Shown here: positions 54,903-64,000 of the stretch, piece after piece
Layout: the number at the start of each line of letters is the position of its first letter
Position numbering within the stretch: position 1 is the stretch's first letter
IMG/VR virus record: IMGVR_UViG_3300042922_000295
Coordinates: 1 to 64,000 of that record
DNA from: a virus
Strand: one strand, 5' to 3'
DNA length: 64,000 bases
Notes under the pieces: model-generated
The model's input: only the letters and a program-made list of their open reading frames with translations
Told to the model about the DNA's origin: nothing
The model's database searches: none
Position numbers and translations under genes: made by a program

Positions 54903-57900
54903 TACTTACCCGCCAGGTCTTCGAGGTTACGGATGAACTTCTCGGCGTCGTTCTCGTCCTTGATGTTCGGGAACGACAGGTCGCCGTGGAAGTGGAAGGT
55001 TCGGTTGTCGTTGTACGTCTGGCTCTGCACTCCGGACTCCGCCTTCTCCAGGCGGGCCATGATGCGGTCGAGACGGCCAGACAGGCTCTGGATGCTGTTG
55101 TTGCCCTGGAACATCGTCTGCCAGTTGCGGGGCAGCGGGATGACAGCCTCGTCTCGACCGGCTTCGCCGATGGTCGCGAGCGTACCACCGCGCCGTGCGC
55201 CGACGATACCGCCGTCTGCAAGCGGCACACCCTTGCTAGCCATCCACGGAACAGGGTTCGTGGCGACCCCGCCCTGCTTCACGATGAAGTGAAGGTGGGA
55301 ACCAGTCGATGCACCTGTGCTACCCATGCGGGCGATGAGCTCGCCCGGGGTGACCTGACGCGGCCCTCCGACGTAGCCGGAGAGGTGGCCGTACCACGTC
55401 TGCAGACCGGCGCCGTGGTCGACCTTCGCGTACTGACCCAGACCGCCGTTCATGCTGTGGTAGGTCACCCGACCACCGGCAGCGGCGAAGATCGAGGAGC
55501 CCATCGGACCGGCAAGGTCGACGCCGTCGTGCAGGCGACGCTGACCGGTGATCGGGTGCGTACGCATACCGAACGGCGAGGACATTCGGTAGCCCGTTGC
55601 AGGCTTGCGCCACGGACCAGACCCGCCAACCTCGGTCGCAGCCTTGCGGTACGCCTCGTCCGTTCCGGTGACCCACTCCCAGACCTGATTGAGCCCGGCC
55701 TGTGCGTACTTCTTGCCGAACTGCCAGGTCATACCGTCGATCTGCGTCTGTGCAAGCTGGCGGATCGGCTCGAAGATGACGGACGCCGCGCCCTGTGCAA
55801 CATCCTTGAGCCAGTCGACACCCTGGCCCGCGAGGTCCGCACCCTTGCCGATGAACGCCTTGACATCCTCCCAGCCGCCCATCCCGAGGCCGGTGTCGTC
55901 CGTCCCGGCGCCGATGCGCTTGCCGAGCTCCTCGTAGAGTGCGCTGGCACGGCGGCGGTGAGTCGGGTCGGTCGGGATGACGAACTCGGGGTGGTTCGCC
56001 TTTCCCTCACCGACGATGGCGCGAGCGCCGTTCGTCTCGAATCCGCCACCAACACGACGCGTCGGGATGGCACCACCCTTAGCCAGCAGGGGGATGGTGC
56101 TGATGTTCCAGTCGAGACCGGGCAGGATGTCCGCGACCTTGTTCAGGCCATCGATCAGCTTGTTGACGAACTTGATGCCGCTGTTGATGCCAGTCTTGAT
56201 GAAGGTCGTGATGTTGTCGAAGATGCCGCCGATCTTGTCCTTGACCCAGGTGAACGCACCAAGCATGTTGTCGCGCAGCGTGTTGAAGGCTGTCGTGGCA
56301 GCGTCCTTGAGGAGGTTGACCTTCTCCATGACGCTGTTGCGAATCTGCTGGAACTTCTCCACGACCTTGTCCCAGATCATCTTCGCGACTGCGATCAGGG
56401 TGTCCTTGAAGTTGTTCCACTTGGTGATGGCACCGGTCACGAGGTCTGCGATCCACTGCAGAACCTTCGCCCGCATGTCCAGAATCCAGCCGACGACCTC
56501 GTAGGCGATCATCTTGGCGAAGTTGACGATGTTGTTGTACCAGCCCTGGACGGTGGTGACGACTGCAACCACCATGTTCTTGATCCAGGTGGTCACCCGG
56601 TTGTACAGGTCCACGAACCAGTCCACGACACCATTGACGAGGCCAGACACGAAGTCGATGACCGTGTCCCACAGGTTCTTGAACCAGTCGATGATCGCCA
56701 GGACCATGTCCGGGATGATCGAGTGGCCGACCAGAACGTCCCAAAGCCAGGTGAAGAACTCGACGATGCCTTCGACCAGGCCGGAAACCAGGCCGTAGAC
56801 GATGTCCCAGGCGGTGGTGAAGATCGACACGATGGTGGACCAGATCGCACCGAAGATCTCGGTGATGCCCGTCCAGGCCCGCGACCAATCGCCCGTGAAC
56901 ACGCCGACGATGAAGTTCACCAGGCCTCGGATAACCTGGATGACGTTCCCGATGAGGTCACCGATGAAGCTGATGACAGGCTCGACGATGTTGCCGATCA
57001 TCGAGAACGCGGTCGAGAAGGCTGCGACGAGCGTTCCGCCGATGAAGCCCACGAGCGGCTTGAGGATGTAGTCCCAGAGCCACTTGAGGACGCCGCCGAT
57101 GTTGCCCAGCGCCTCCTTGACCGGACCCATCATCGGGCCGAACTTGGCGAGCTGGGTCTTGATCTCCTCGACGGCCGGGCCGACCGCCGCGACGAGGTTG
57201 TCCCAGATCTCCTTGAGCTGAGGGCCGAACAGGTCCCAGAGCTGGCTGGCGCCGCTACTAATGCCTTCCCACAGACCCTTGAACCAGTCGCCCACCGCTG
57301 CGAACTTGTCGGTGAACCCGCTGAAGTCGATTCCGCTGAACGCGTCCTTGAGGCCGCCGACGAGACCGTTCCAGGCGGGGACGATGGTCGTGTTCCACCA
57401 GTTGACGACCTTGTCCCACATGTTCTGGAGGCCGGTCAGCGGGTTGATCGACGCGAGCGACGCCGCGAGATCTTCCTCAAGCTGCTTGGTGAACTCGTCG
57501 ATCATCCCGGACTGGTCGCCGAACCCGCCTTCGCGGGCGATCGAATCCATTCCTCCAACGTCGGGGAACTCTCCACCCGCCGCGTTCATAAAGTTTTCGG
57601 CTCCGGGCGACAGGGACCCCGCTCCGCCCGCGCCGCCGCCCGCCGCCGCGTCCCGGGCCTGCTTCGCCGCCGACGCCGCGCTCGCGACGTCGTTCAGTGC
57701 GGCCTCGATCTCCCGGATAGCATCGGCGGTGAGCTGGTACTCGTCCTTCAGGGTCTGGAGGCTCGCGTACTCCTGATCGTACGCAGCCTGCACCGCGTTC
57801 TTCGCTGCGGTGAGCTGGTCAACAGAAGCGGACTGCGCGTCGTACGAGGCCTGGGCGGCGTCGAGCTGAGGCTGCAGCGCCGTCATCGCGGCCTGCTCGC

Positions 57901-60900
57901 GCTGGATGCCAGCGATGATCTCGGCGAACGTAAGCTCCTTGGACGCGTTCGCCGCCTGCTGAATCTGACGCTCCAGCCCGTCGAACTGCAGGCTGTTCTC
58001 CAGGTCGAGCCGGGTGCCCTGTCGCTGCAGGTCGGCAAGCTGCTTCTGCAGGTCGCTGATCCCGTTGCCCTGGCCCATGCTCTGACCCATGGCGTCATAC
58101 GCGGCCTGCATGGCATCGATCTGCGAGTTGATCGGACCGAGCACGTCCGACCCAGCACCTGCAGCGCGGAGGTCGTTAGACTCTCCGCGCAGCTTTTCGA
58201 TGTCGCCCTGCAGGGAGGCCATCTTGCCACTGATGTCCTCGACGGCGCCGCCAGCGTCCTCCAGGTCCATGATGGCGAGCTGGAGTCGCTTCTGCTCCAT
58301 GGTGTTCGCGAAGATCGCGTCGTCCATGGCCTGCATGCCGACGATGCCTGTGTTCGAGTAGTTCGCGATGGCATCGGCGTGAGCCTGGTACTGGTTCTGC
58401 AGCTTCTGCAGCTTGTCAGCCGCCGCGTCGAGCTTGTTCTGCTGCAGGTCGAGAGCGGTGTTCGCCGCGTCGAGCTTCTTCTTCCACGAGTCGACGACGT
58501 TCTGCTGGCGGGTGACCAGAACCTGCTGCTCGGCCAGGAGGGTGTTGAGAACCTTGAGGTCCCCGACCAGGGCGTTGAAGTTGCCGAGGTTCCCCGGCAT
58601 CATGTCCTTGACCTTGCCCCGCTGGTCCGACCACTCGTCGAAGTTCATCGAGGCTGCCATCTTCTTGAACTTGGCGAGGTCTGTAGCAGCCTTGCCGAAG
58701 ATGGCGCCGACGTTGCCGACGCTCTGGAACTGGCGCTTGATGGCTGCCATGCCCCAGGTGACCGTCTCCACGAGGGACGGGGAGTGGTGGGCAAACGGGT
58801 TGATATACGAGAACCACTCGTAGATCGCGAGTGCCGCCTGCTTGATGATGTTCACCACGGCGATCATCGACTTCTGGATACCCTCGGGCAGCTTGTAGAA
58901 CAGCCGCACGATCCCGTCGATGAGCCCCTGGAAGAACTTCCCGAGTGGCTCGAAGCCCTTGGCGATGCCCTCCGCGTTGCGCGACAGCCCCTGTCCGAGC
59001 TGGCTGAAGAAGTCCTTGATGTCGTTCCAGAAGATCGACAGCAGCGTGACAATCGCAGTGATGGCGATACCCCAGGGGCCGGTGAGCAGGCCGATGAGGC
59101 GAGGTCCCCACGTCTTGATGAACGCGAGGATCGCAGGCCAGAGTCCCTTGAAGAATGCGAGGACCGCCGCGCCACCCACCTTGAAGGCGACGAGGATCAT
59201 CGGGAACAGCTTGCCCCAGAGCGTCGCGATGGCAAGCATGGCGGTCCGAGACAGGGCGACGAGGGCGGCGTAGCCCTTCGCCATCACCGTCTGCATAGCC
59301 CACATGGCCTGCGCCATGAGGAGGCCGAGCCGCGCAGCCATTGGAGCGAACACTGCCGTGACGGCGGTCCACATCGCCACGAAGGCGCGCTGGACTCCAG
59401 CGATGCCAGCCCAGACAGCACCGGACAGGCCTGCCATGACCGAAGCCATGGTGCCCATCATCATCGGCACGCCCTTGGTGAACATCGCCGTCATGAGAAT
59501 GACGCCGCGCATCATGAGCAGGTTAATGCCTGCCCATCCCCGCTTGATGATGCCAGGGATCGTGGTGAACAGGAGCATCTGGAAGGCGAAGTTAACCCGC
59601 CCCAGCGCACCGAACACAGCCGGGCCGAGCAGTGCGGCCCTGGTGTACATAAAGGTGGTGATCTTGGCCCAGCCCGTGGAGATTGCGGCGCCCATGGCAG
59701 CGAACATCGAGGCGATTCCCGCCGTGATTCCGCCTGCCGCCGCGAAGGTCTTGACCGACCACAGGGCGATGATGCCCTTCACCCACAGAACCTTCATCGC
59801 CGCCCAACCGGCGGGGATCACCGTTCCAAGAACGGCGAACATCTTCGCGAAGCCAGCCGCTACGGCGATGCGCAGGGTAGCCATGTACGACTGGAACGAC
59901 GACATGCCCTTGACACTCGTCACTGCCGCTGCGCTCACGCCGAGCATGCCCTGGACGAGCCGCGACAGCCCGCCGAACAGCGCCCCGACTCCGGTCGCCG
60001 CCGCCGTGAACGGGAGGGCCAGGAACGAGCCCATGACGCGCACGGCAGGCAGCATACCCCCGGCGAACCAGTGGACGGCCTTTGCGAGCTGACCGAACAG
60101 GACTGCCGTTGCGCCGACGTACCGACCGATGGGGCCAATGAGGGCGAGGAACACTGCCCCGATGACGACGGCCTTCTGAATCCACGGCTCCAGCTCGCTG
60201 AACGACTTGGCGAGTTCCGCGACTTCCTTGGCAGCCCAGACGATCCACGGGATGAGCGGCTGGATGACGTCAGCCAGCGCGTTCTGCAGGATGACCCACA
60301 TCTGCTGCAGCTTGTGCGGCGACGAGTCGAGGACCGCGTTGAGCTCCTTGACCTTCTGGTTGTAGGTCTCGGTAGCACTCGCGGTGTGCTCCAGCGCTCG
60401 GTTGTAGTAGCCGAGCGGGTTGATGATGTCTCGCATGAGAACGTCGAAGCGGTTGATCTGCCAGCGTCCAGCGACCGATGCCGACACCTGCGCCTTCTGT
60501 GCGTCGCTGAGCTGGTCGAACGCCTCCGCCATCTTCTCCAGGCGCTGCGCACCGTTCAGGGACTGCCACCCCATGTCCTGGGTGTTCATCCCCATCATAC
60601 CCATGATCTCGGCAGCCTCCTTGGTAGGCGCCAGGAGACGGGAGAGGATGGTCTTGAGTGCGTTACCGGCATTCGCGGCCGACCCGGACGCCGGGACGAG
60701 CGCGGCGGTCAGGGCTGCGAGGTGCTGGACGTCGACACCGGCCGAGCGGGCCGAACCGGCAGCACGAGCGAAGGTCTGGATCAGACCCTCCATCGTGACA
60801 CCGGTCTCGTTCTCAACCATGTTGAGGGTGTCGATGGTCTTGGAGAGTTCCTGGGTACTCAGACCATACTGAGCCTGGATCGCGATGAGTGCCTCGGTGG

Positions 60901-61408
60901 CGGCAGCCGCCTCCATCTCACCGAGGACCATGGCCTCCAGTGTGAGCTTGACACCCCGGGCGAGCGCGATGCCGGATGCACCGGCTGCAGCCCAGTCTCC
61001 AGCGATCTCGATGACCTGCTGCTGGTGGACGCCGAAGCGGTCCGACAGGGCTCGAAAGGCTCCTTCGAGAGCCTTGAGCTCGTTGGTCATCACCTGCGCG
61101 GAAAGCCTACTATCTCCGTAGACCTTGTTCACGCGCACCATCGCCGCCTCGTTTTCGAGGGCGAACTTCGTTGCCGCCGCACCTGCGATGGCGAGGGGGA
61201 TGGTGAAGTTGTACGTGAGCTGTCGTCCGGCCCACTGCACCTGCGAGCCCCACTTGGTCAGGTTACTCCCAGCACCGACCTTGGTCTGGGCGCCCTGAGC
61301 GCGCTCAAGCTGCTGCTGCAGACTCGCAACTTCGCGGCGCAGGCTCTGGACCTCCTTCTGAGCCTGCGCGGCCTGAATGCGAATCTGGATCGCCATGAAG
61401 GCGTTCAT
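54902..61408 (-). CDS. Tape measure protein with C-terminal M23 peptidase
   Basis: 2168 aa, Trp-periodic helical repeats, HDGVD...YGH...HLHF. Confidence 0.95.
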   Translation of the reverse strand: MNAFMAIQIRIQAAQAQKEVQSLRREVASLQQQLERAQGAQTKVGAGSNLTKWGSQVQWAGRQLTYNFTIPLAIAGAAATKFALENEAAMVRVNKVYGDSRLSAQVMTNELKALEGAFRALSDRFGVHQQQVIEIAGDWAAAGASGIALARGVKLTLEAMVLGEMEAAAATEALIAIQAQYGLSTQELSKTIDTLNMVENETGVTMEGLIQTFARAAGSARSAGVDVQHLAALTAALVPASGSAANAGNALKTILSRLLAPTKEAAEIMGMMGMNTQDMGWQSLNGAQRLEKMAEAFDQLSDAQKAQVSASVAGRWQINRFDVLMRDIINPLGYYNRALEHTASATETYNQKVKELNAVLDSSPHKLQQMWVILQNALADVIQPLIPWIVWAAKEVAELAKSFSELEPWIQKAVVIGAVFLALIGPIGRYVGATAVLFGQLAKAVHWFAGGMLPAVRVMGSFLALPFTAAATGVGALFGGLSRLVQGMLGVSAAAVTSVKGMSSFQSYMATLRIAVAAGFAKMFAVLGTVIPAGWAAMKVLWVKGIIALWSVKTFAAAGGITAGIASMFAAMGAAISTGWAKITTFMYTRAALLGPAVFGALGRVNFAFQMLLFTTIPGIIKRGWAGINLLMMRGVILMTAMFTKGVPMMMGTMASVMAGLSGAVWAGIAGVQRAFVAMWTAVTAVFAPMAARLGLLMAQAMWAMQTVMAKGYAALVALSRTAMLAIATLWGKLFPMILVAFKVGGAAVLAFFKGLWPAILAFIKTWGPRLIGLLTGPWGIAITAIVTLLSIFWNDIKDFFSQLGQGLSRNAEGIAKGFEPLGKFFQGLIDGIVRLFYKLPEGIQKSMIAVVNIIKQAALAIYEWFSYINPFAHHSPSLVETVTWGMAAIKRQFQSVGNVGAIFGKAATDLAKFKKMAASMNFDEWSDQRGKVKDMMPGNLGNFNALVGDLKVLNTLLAEQQVLVTRQQNVVDSWKKKLDAANTALDLQQNKLDAAADKLQKLQNQYQAHADAIANYSNTGIVGMQAMDDAIFANTMEQKRLQLAIMDLEDAGGAVEDISGKMASLQGDIEKLRGESNDLRAAGAGSDVLGPINSQIDAMQAAYDAMGQSMGQGNGISDLQKQLADLQRQGTRLDLENSLQFDGLERQIQQAANASKELTFAEIIAGIQREQAAMTALQPQLDAAQASYDAQSASVDQLTAAKNAVQAAYDQEYASLQTLKDEYQLTADAIREIEAALNDVASAASAAKQARDAAAGGGAGGAGSLSPGAENFMNAAGGEFPDVGGMDSIAREGGFGDQSGMIDEFTKQLEEDLAASLASINPLTGLQNMWDKVVNWWNTTIVPAWNGLVGGLKDAFSGIDFSGFTDKFAAVGDWFKGLWEGISSGASQLWDLFGPQLKEIWDNLVAAVGPAVEEIKTQLAKFGPMMGPVKEALGNIGGVLKWLWDYILKPLVGFIGGTLVAAFSTAFSMIGNIVEPVISFIGDLIGNVIQVIRGLVNFIVGVFTGDWSRAWTGITEIFGAIWSTIVSIFTTAWDIVYGLVSGLVEGIVEFFTWLWDVLVGHSIIPDMVLAIIDWFKNLWDTVIDFVSGLVNGVVDWFVDLYNRVTTWIKNMVVAVVTTVQGWYNNIVNFAKMIAYEVVGWILDMRAKVLQWIADLVTGAITKWNNFKDTLIAVAKMIWDKVVEKFQQIRNSVMEKVNLLKDAATTAFNTLRDNMLGAFTWVKDKIGGIFDNITTFIKTGINSGIKFVNKLIDGLNKVADILPGLDWNISTIPLLAKGGAIPTRRVGGGFETNGARAIVGEGKANHPEFVIPTDPTHRRRASALYEELGKRIGAGTDDTGLGMGGWEDVKAFIGKGADLAGQGVDWLKDVAQGAASVIFEPIRQLAQTQIDGMTWQFGKKYAQAGLNQVWEWVTGTDEAYRKAATEVGGSGPWRKPATGYRMSSPFGMRTHPITGQRRLHDGVDLAGPMGSSIFAAAGGRVTYHSMNGGLGQYAKVDHGAGLQTWYGHLSGYVGGPRQVTPGELIARMGSTGASTGSHLHFIVKQGGVATNPVPWMASKGVPLADGGIVGARRGGTLATIGEAGRDEAVIPLPRNWQTMFQGNNSIQSLSGRLDRIMARLEKAESGVQSQTYNDNRTFHFHGDLSFPNIKDENDAEKFIRNLEDLAGK

Positions 61409-61474
61409 GTGGACCCACGATCTTGTTCGATCTATATGGGCCTCAAGTGCCCGACGACTCGCGAAGCATACAGG

Positions 61475-61509
61475 TAGGGCCGGTCCCGCGTCTAGCGGGA
61501 CCGGCCCTA
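61475..61509. terminator. Strong stem-loop between tail chaperone and tape measure
   Basis: TAGGGCCGGTCCCGC-GTCTA-GCGGGACCGGCCCTA. Confidence 0.6.
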
Positions 61510-61516
61510 GGCTTTG

Positions 61517-62319
61517 CTATCGGCGGCGTCCGCCAGCAACTCGACCTGCTCCCTTGCCGCTCGATTGCTTTTTGCGATCGAGCTCTCGCTTCCGCTCTTG
61601 CTCGGCTTCGTGCTCGCCGCGCTTAGCGAAGATGTAGCGAAAGTCTTCCAGGAGCTTCGGGTGTTGATCGTACAGCCCACCCTCCACCGGGAGGTGGTTC
61701 CACTTCATCGACTCGCACAGTGCGAACAGGCGGATCGACTCGGCAGGGTTCGGTACGGACTCACCCTTGATGAACAGGTCTACTTGCTGGTGGAAGAGCC
61801 TTCCCCCGCCTCGCGCTCCTCGGCCTCCTTGATGAGCTTGTCGAGCTCGTCACGCTGCTCGTACAGCTCCTTGGCCGACAGCTCCGCCGTGAGCCAGGGG
61901 TTGGCCTTGCGGATCGCGACCTCGATCTTCTCGATGATCGCGGGGTTGGCGTCGCGCAGGAACTCGCGACGCGTCTGCGCGTTGAAGGGGACGTCCTCCA
62001 GGGGGCCGTCCGCGCTGCGGCGGCGCTTGAGGTTCCAGCCGACGAGGCTCGTCTCGATGAGCGCGTGGCGCTCCGAGGCCGGGTCCATCCGGGTGCGGGC
62101 GTCGCCGCCGCGCTGGATGACGAGGTCGCGCTGGGTGTCGCGCTGGAAGCGCGCCTTCTGGCCCTCGTTCATGATGGCGTACTCGACGTACGACACCTTG
62201 TCGGGGAAGAGGAAGCGCTCGGTGCCGCCGAAGCCGAAGTAGTCCATCTGCGGCTGCTGGAACGAGTCCGGCGCGGCGTCGACGGGCTGGGGGGTGTACT
62301 GCGTGGAAGTCTCGGACAT
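61517..62319 (-). CDS. Tail assembly chaperone pair (short form 61780-62319; long form via -1 frameshift)
   Basis: GGGGGAA at 61801-61807 (minus); -1 frame is open into the 61517-61708 ORF. Confidence 0.88.
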
Positions 62320-62375
62320 CCTTGTGACCCTCTCTGTGGTCTAGTGGGCATGCATGCAAGGGACATCATGCCACA

Positions 62376-62404
62376 GCCCCGGGGCGCGGTACACACCCCG
62401 GGGC
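62376..62404 (-). terminator. Stem-loop
   Basis: GCCCCGGGG...CCCCGGGGC. Confidence 0.45.
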
Positions 62405-62422
62405 TATCGGCATGACTCCGGC

Positions 62423-64000
62423 CTAGAGCGCTGCGAGCTCTTCCGGCGTCAGGGCCTTGCGGAAGATCTGCACCTCGTCCACGATACACCCCTCCGCGAC
62501 GTCGAGCTTGATCCGATCTGCAATCGGGATGATGCCCGTCGTAGCAGCAGGCGTTCCGATCGACGCTCCGTCTCGGTACAGGCGCAGCATCGATCCGTCG
62601 AACGTCGCTGCGATCTTGTACCACACCTTTCCCGGAGTGTTGCGCGACACCTGCTGGAACACGTTCTTGCTGGCCCCGCCGAACACACCCTCGAAGCGGC
62701 AGGTCACGTAAGGCTGGGTTGCAAGCAGGTTGCCTCGAACGTACATGCGAGCCACGTACTCCGGCAGCCCGTCCGAGAACAGCGAGACGTAGTTGATGTT
62801 GGTCGAGACGCCCTCGGGAAGCATGACGTTCGCGAACAACGTGAAGGCCGATGCCAGCGTGGGTGCGTACCCGATGCCGACATCTCCAACCCCGCCTCCC
62901 GCGAGTCCCTGAACGCCCCCTCCGCCAGGCGTGGACACTCGGCTGACGTTCGACAGAAGCATCGGACGCGCCTTGACGGTGTCGACAGCAACATCCGGGT
63001 CCTCGTCTGCGATGAAACTCCACATCGCCGCCTCGGCCGGAGGCTCCGAGCCAAGGAGGGGGAGGAGGATGCCGCCCTGCTTGACCCACCCCGCGACCAC
63101 GGGGCGAATCTCGGCACCGACCTTCACCTTCTTAATCCGCCGCTCGGTGACGATGCCACCGGACTTCATGCGGATGACGACGCCCGTCTCGGGCTCCTGG
63201 TTGATCGGCACCACCACGTCGAGCTGAACTCGAATGGTGTTCGTCGTGTCGTATCCCCGGAAGGCGAGCGTGACACTGTCGGCCGTCTCGGTGACAGTCG
63301 TGATTCCGTGCTGCGCAACCTCGACGCCCTGCGTGGTGGGGTACATCCCCTCGGACCAGTCGTCGACAGACAGGGTCTTGATGGACGACGTGTTGCGGAA
63401 CGGCGCCGCACAGAAGGACGGAAAGCCGCCCCAGGGGTTGTTCGACCCGTCGTCCGCCCCCAGGGAGTGCTGGTCGCCGGTAGCCGTGACGACCTGACCA
63501 ACCGCCTCGTTTGCGATGAAGGTGCCCAGCTCGGACTTCTCTGCAGGGAAGTCCTGCCACTTGTCCTCGCCGCTGTTCGGCTCGTTGTCGATCCAGATGG
63601 ACTCCTGAATCCACACCTTCACCGGCTCGGGCTGCTGCAGCTCTGCCTTGAACCAAGCCTTCTGCGTGGCCCCCATGCGGGTCACGCCGACCTCTGCAGC
63701 GTATCGAGTGTCCGTCACGATGTAACGAACGCTGCCGATCTTGAAGCTGTGGTACAGCATGTTGGGGTCGGGGCGAGTCAGGAAGGCGTACATCTGCAGG
63801 TTTGCAGCACGGTTGGCAGGCGTGTACACGCCAGGGAAGGAGTTGTTCGCACCTCCGCCGTCGTGATCCGAGTTGAGCGGAATCACGGGAATGGACTTGT
63901 GAAGCTCGCGCAGGGCAGACGAGTATGTCAGCGTCTGCTTGAGGTCGTTGTAGTGCGACGACTGCTGCGTACTACTGTTGTTGGCGTACGTCTTGTCGCC
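62423..64000 (-). CDS. PhoD-like metallophosphoesterase fused to LamG-like domain (5'-truncated by window)
   Basis: Frame open to window end: GDKTYAN, DHD, DTR, QKAWF, GDQH; C-terminal WYKIAATFDGS..RLYRDG...DEVQIFRKALT. Confidence 0.8.
   Translation of the reverse strand, partial: GDKTYANNSSTQQSSHYNDLKQTLTYSSALRELHKSIPVIPLNSDHDGGGANNSFPGVYTPANRAANLQMYAFLTRPDPNMLYHSFKIGSVRYIVTDTRYAAEVGVTRMGATQKAWFKAELQQPEPVKVWIQESIWIDNEPNSGEDKWQDFPAEKSELGTFIANEAVGQVVTATGDQHSLGADDGSNNPWGGFPSFCAAPFRNTSSIKTLSVDDWSEGMYPTTQGVEVAQHGITTVTETADSVTLAFRGYDTTNTIRVQLDVVVPINQEPETGVVIRMKSGGIVTERRIKKVKVGAEIRPVVAGWVKQGGILLPLLGSEPPAEAAMWSFIADEDPDVAVDTVKARPMLLSNVSRVSTPGGGGVQGLAGGGVGDVGIGYAPTLASAFTLFANVMLPEGVSTNINYVSLFSDGLPEYVARMYVRGNLLATQPYVTCRFEGVFGGASKNVFQQVSRNTPGKVWYKIAATFDGSMLRLYRDGASIGTPAATTGIIPIADRIKLDVAEGCIVDEVQIFRKALTPEELAAL

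Larger units (their letters stand above)
1..64000. mobile_element. Actinobacteriophage genome segment (siphovirus-like)
   Basis: Tape measure, tail chaperone frameshift, minor tails, endolysin/holins, phage replication genes, dense small ORFs with 1-4 bp overlaps; no host housekeeping operons. Confidence 0.97.

Noticed and set aside
54986-61477. 2163-aa plus-strand ORF (also 50152-52305, 52533-55292, 18041-19864, 28229-30208)
   Set aside because: Antisense shadows of real genes. High GC3 codon bias removes stops on the opposite strand, and the translations show no recognisable motifs.

Overview
A 64-kb segment of a GC-rich tailed dsDNA phage. The tape measure and frameshifted tail chaperone point to a siphovirus. 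The host is an Actinomycetota member, judged from WhiB, an LAxTG sortase motif and codon style. No lysin B is seen here. Layout: (1) the 3' part of a DUF3987-like primase/helicase gene; (2) a leftward block of small genes (1.9-5.8 kb); (3) a compositionally distinct, repeat-rich divergent region (5.8-9.8 kb) that looks like an origin plus a genome-end or first-injected segment; (4) a long rightward early/middle arm (MoxR AAA+ ATPase, vWA protein, DenV-like glycosylase, Xer-type tyrosine recombinase, sortase-anchored surface protein, SSB-like protein, SNF2 helicase, oligoribonuclease, beta clamp, MazG, RusA, DNA methyltransferase, WhiB, PD-(D/E)XK nuclease); (5) a leftward late arm (lysis cassette, minor tails, tape measure with M23 peptidase, tail chaperones, PhoD-LamG protein). 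The most notable unexplained signals are four. First, a CAG/CTG-purged island with Gln-free genes, where about 17 copies of a 15-bp palindrome bracket a putative winged-helix gene that has two paralogs elsewhere in the window. Second, a conserved RBS-sequestering hairpin in front of about 12 early genes. Third, a WhiB domain with no start codon, in the -1 frame behind a CCCAAAA slippery heptamer. Fourth, a phage-encoded LASTG cell-wall protein with a mirror-symmetric stalk. All calls come from reading motifs by eye; no searches were run.
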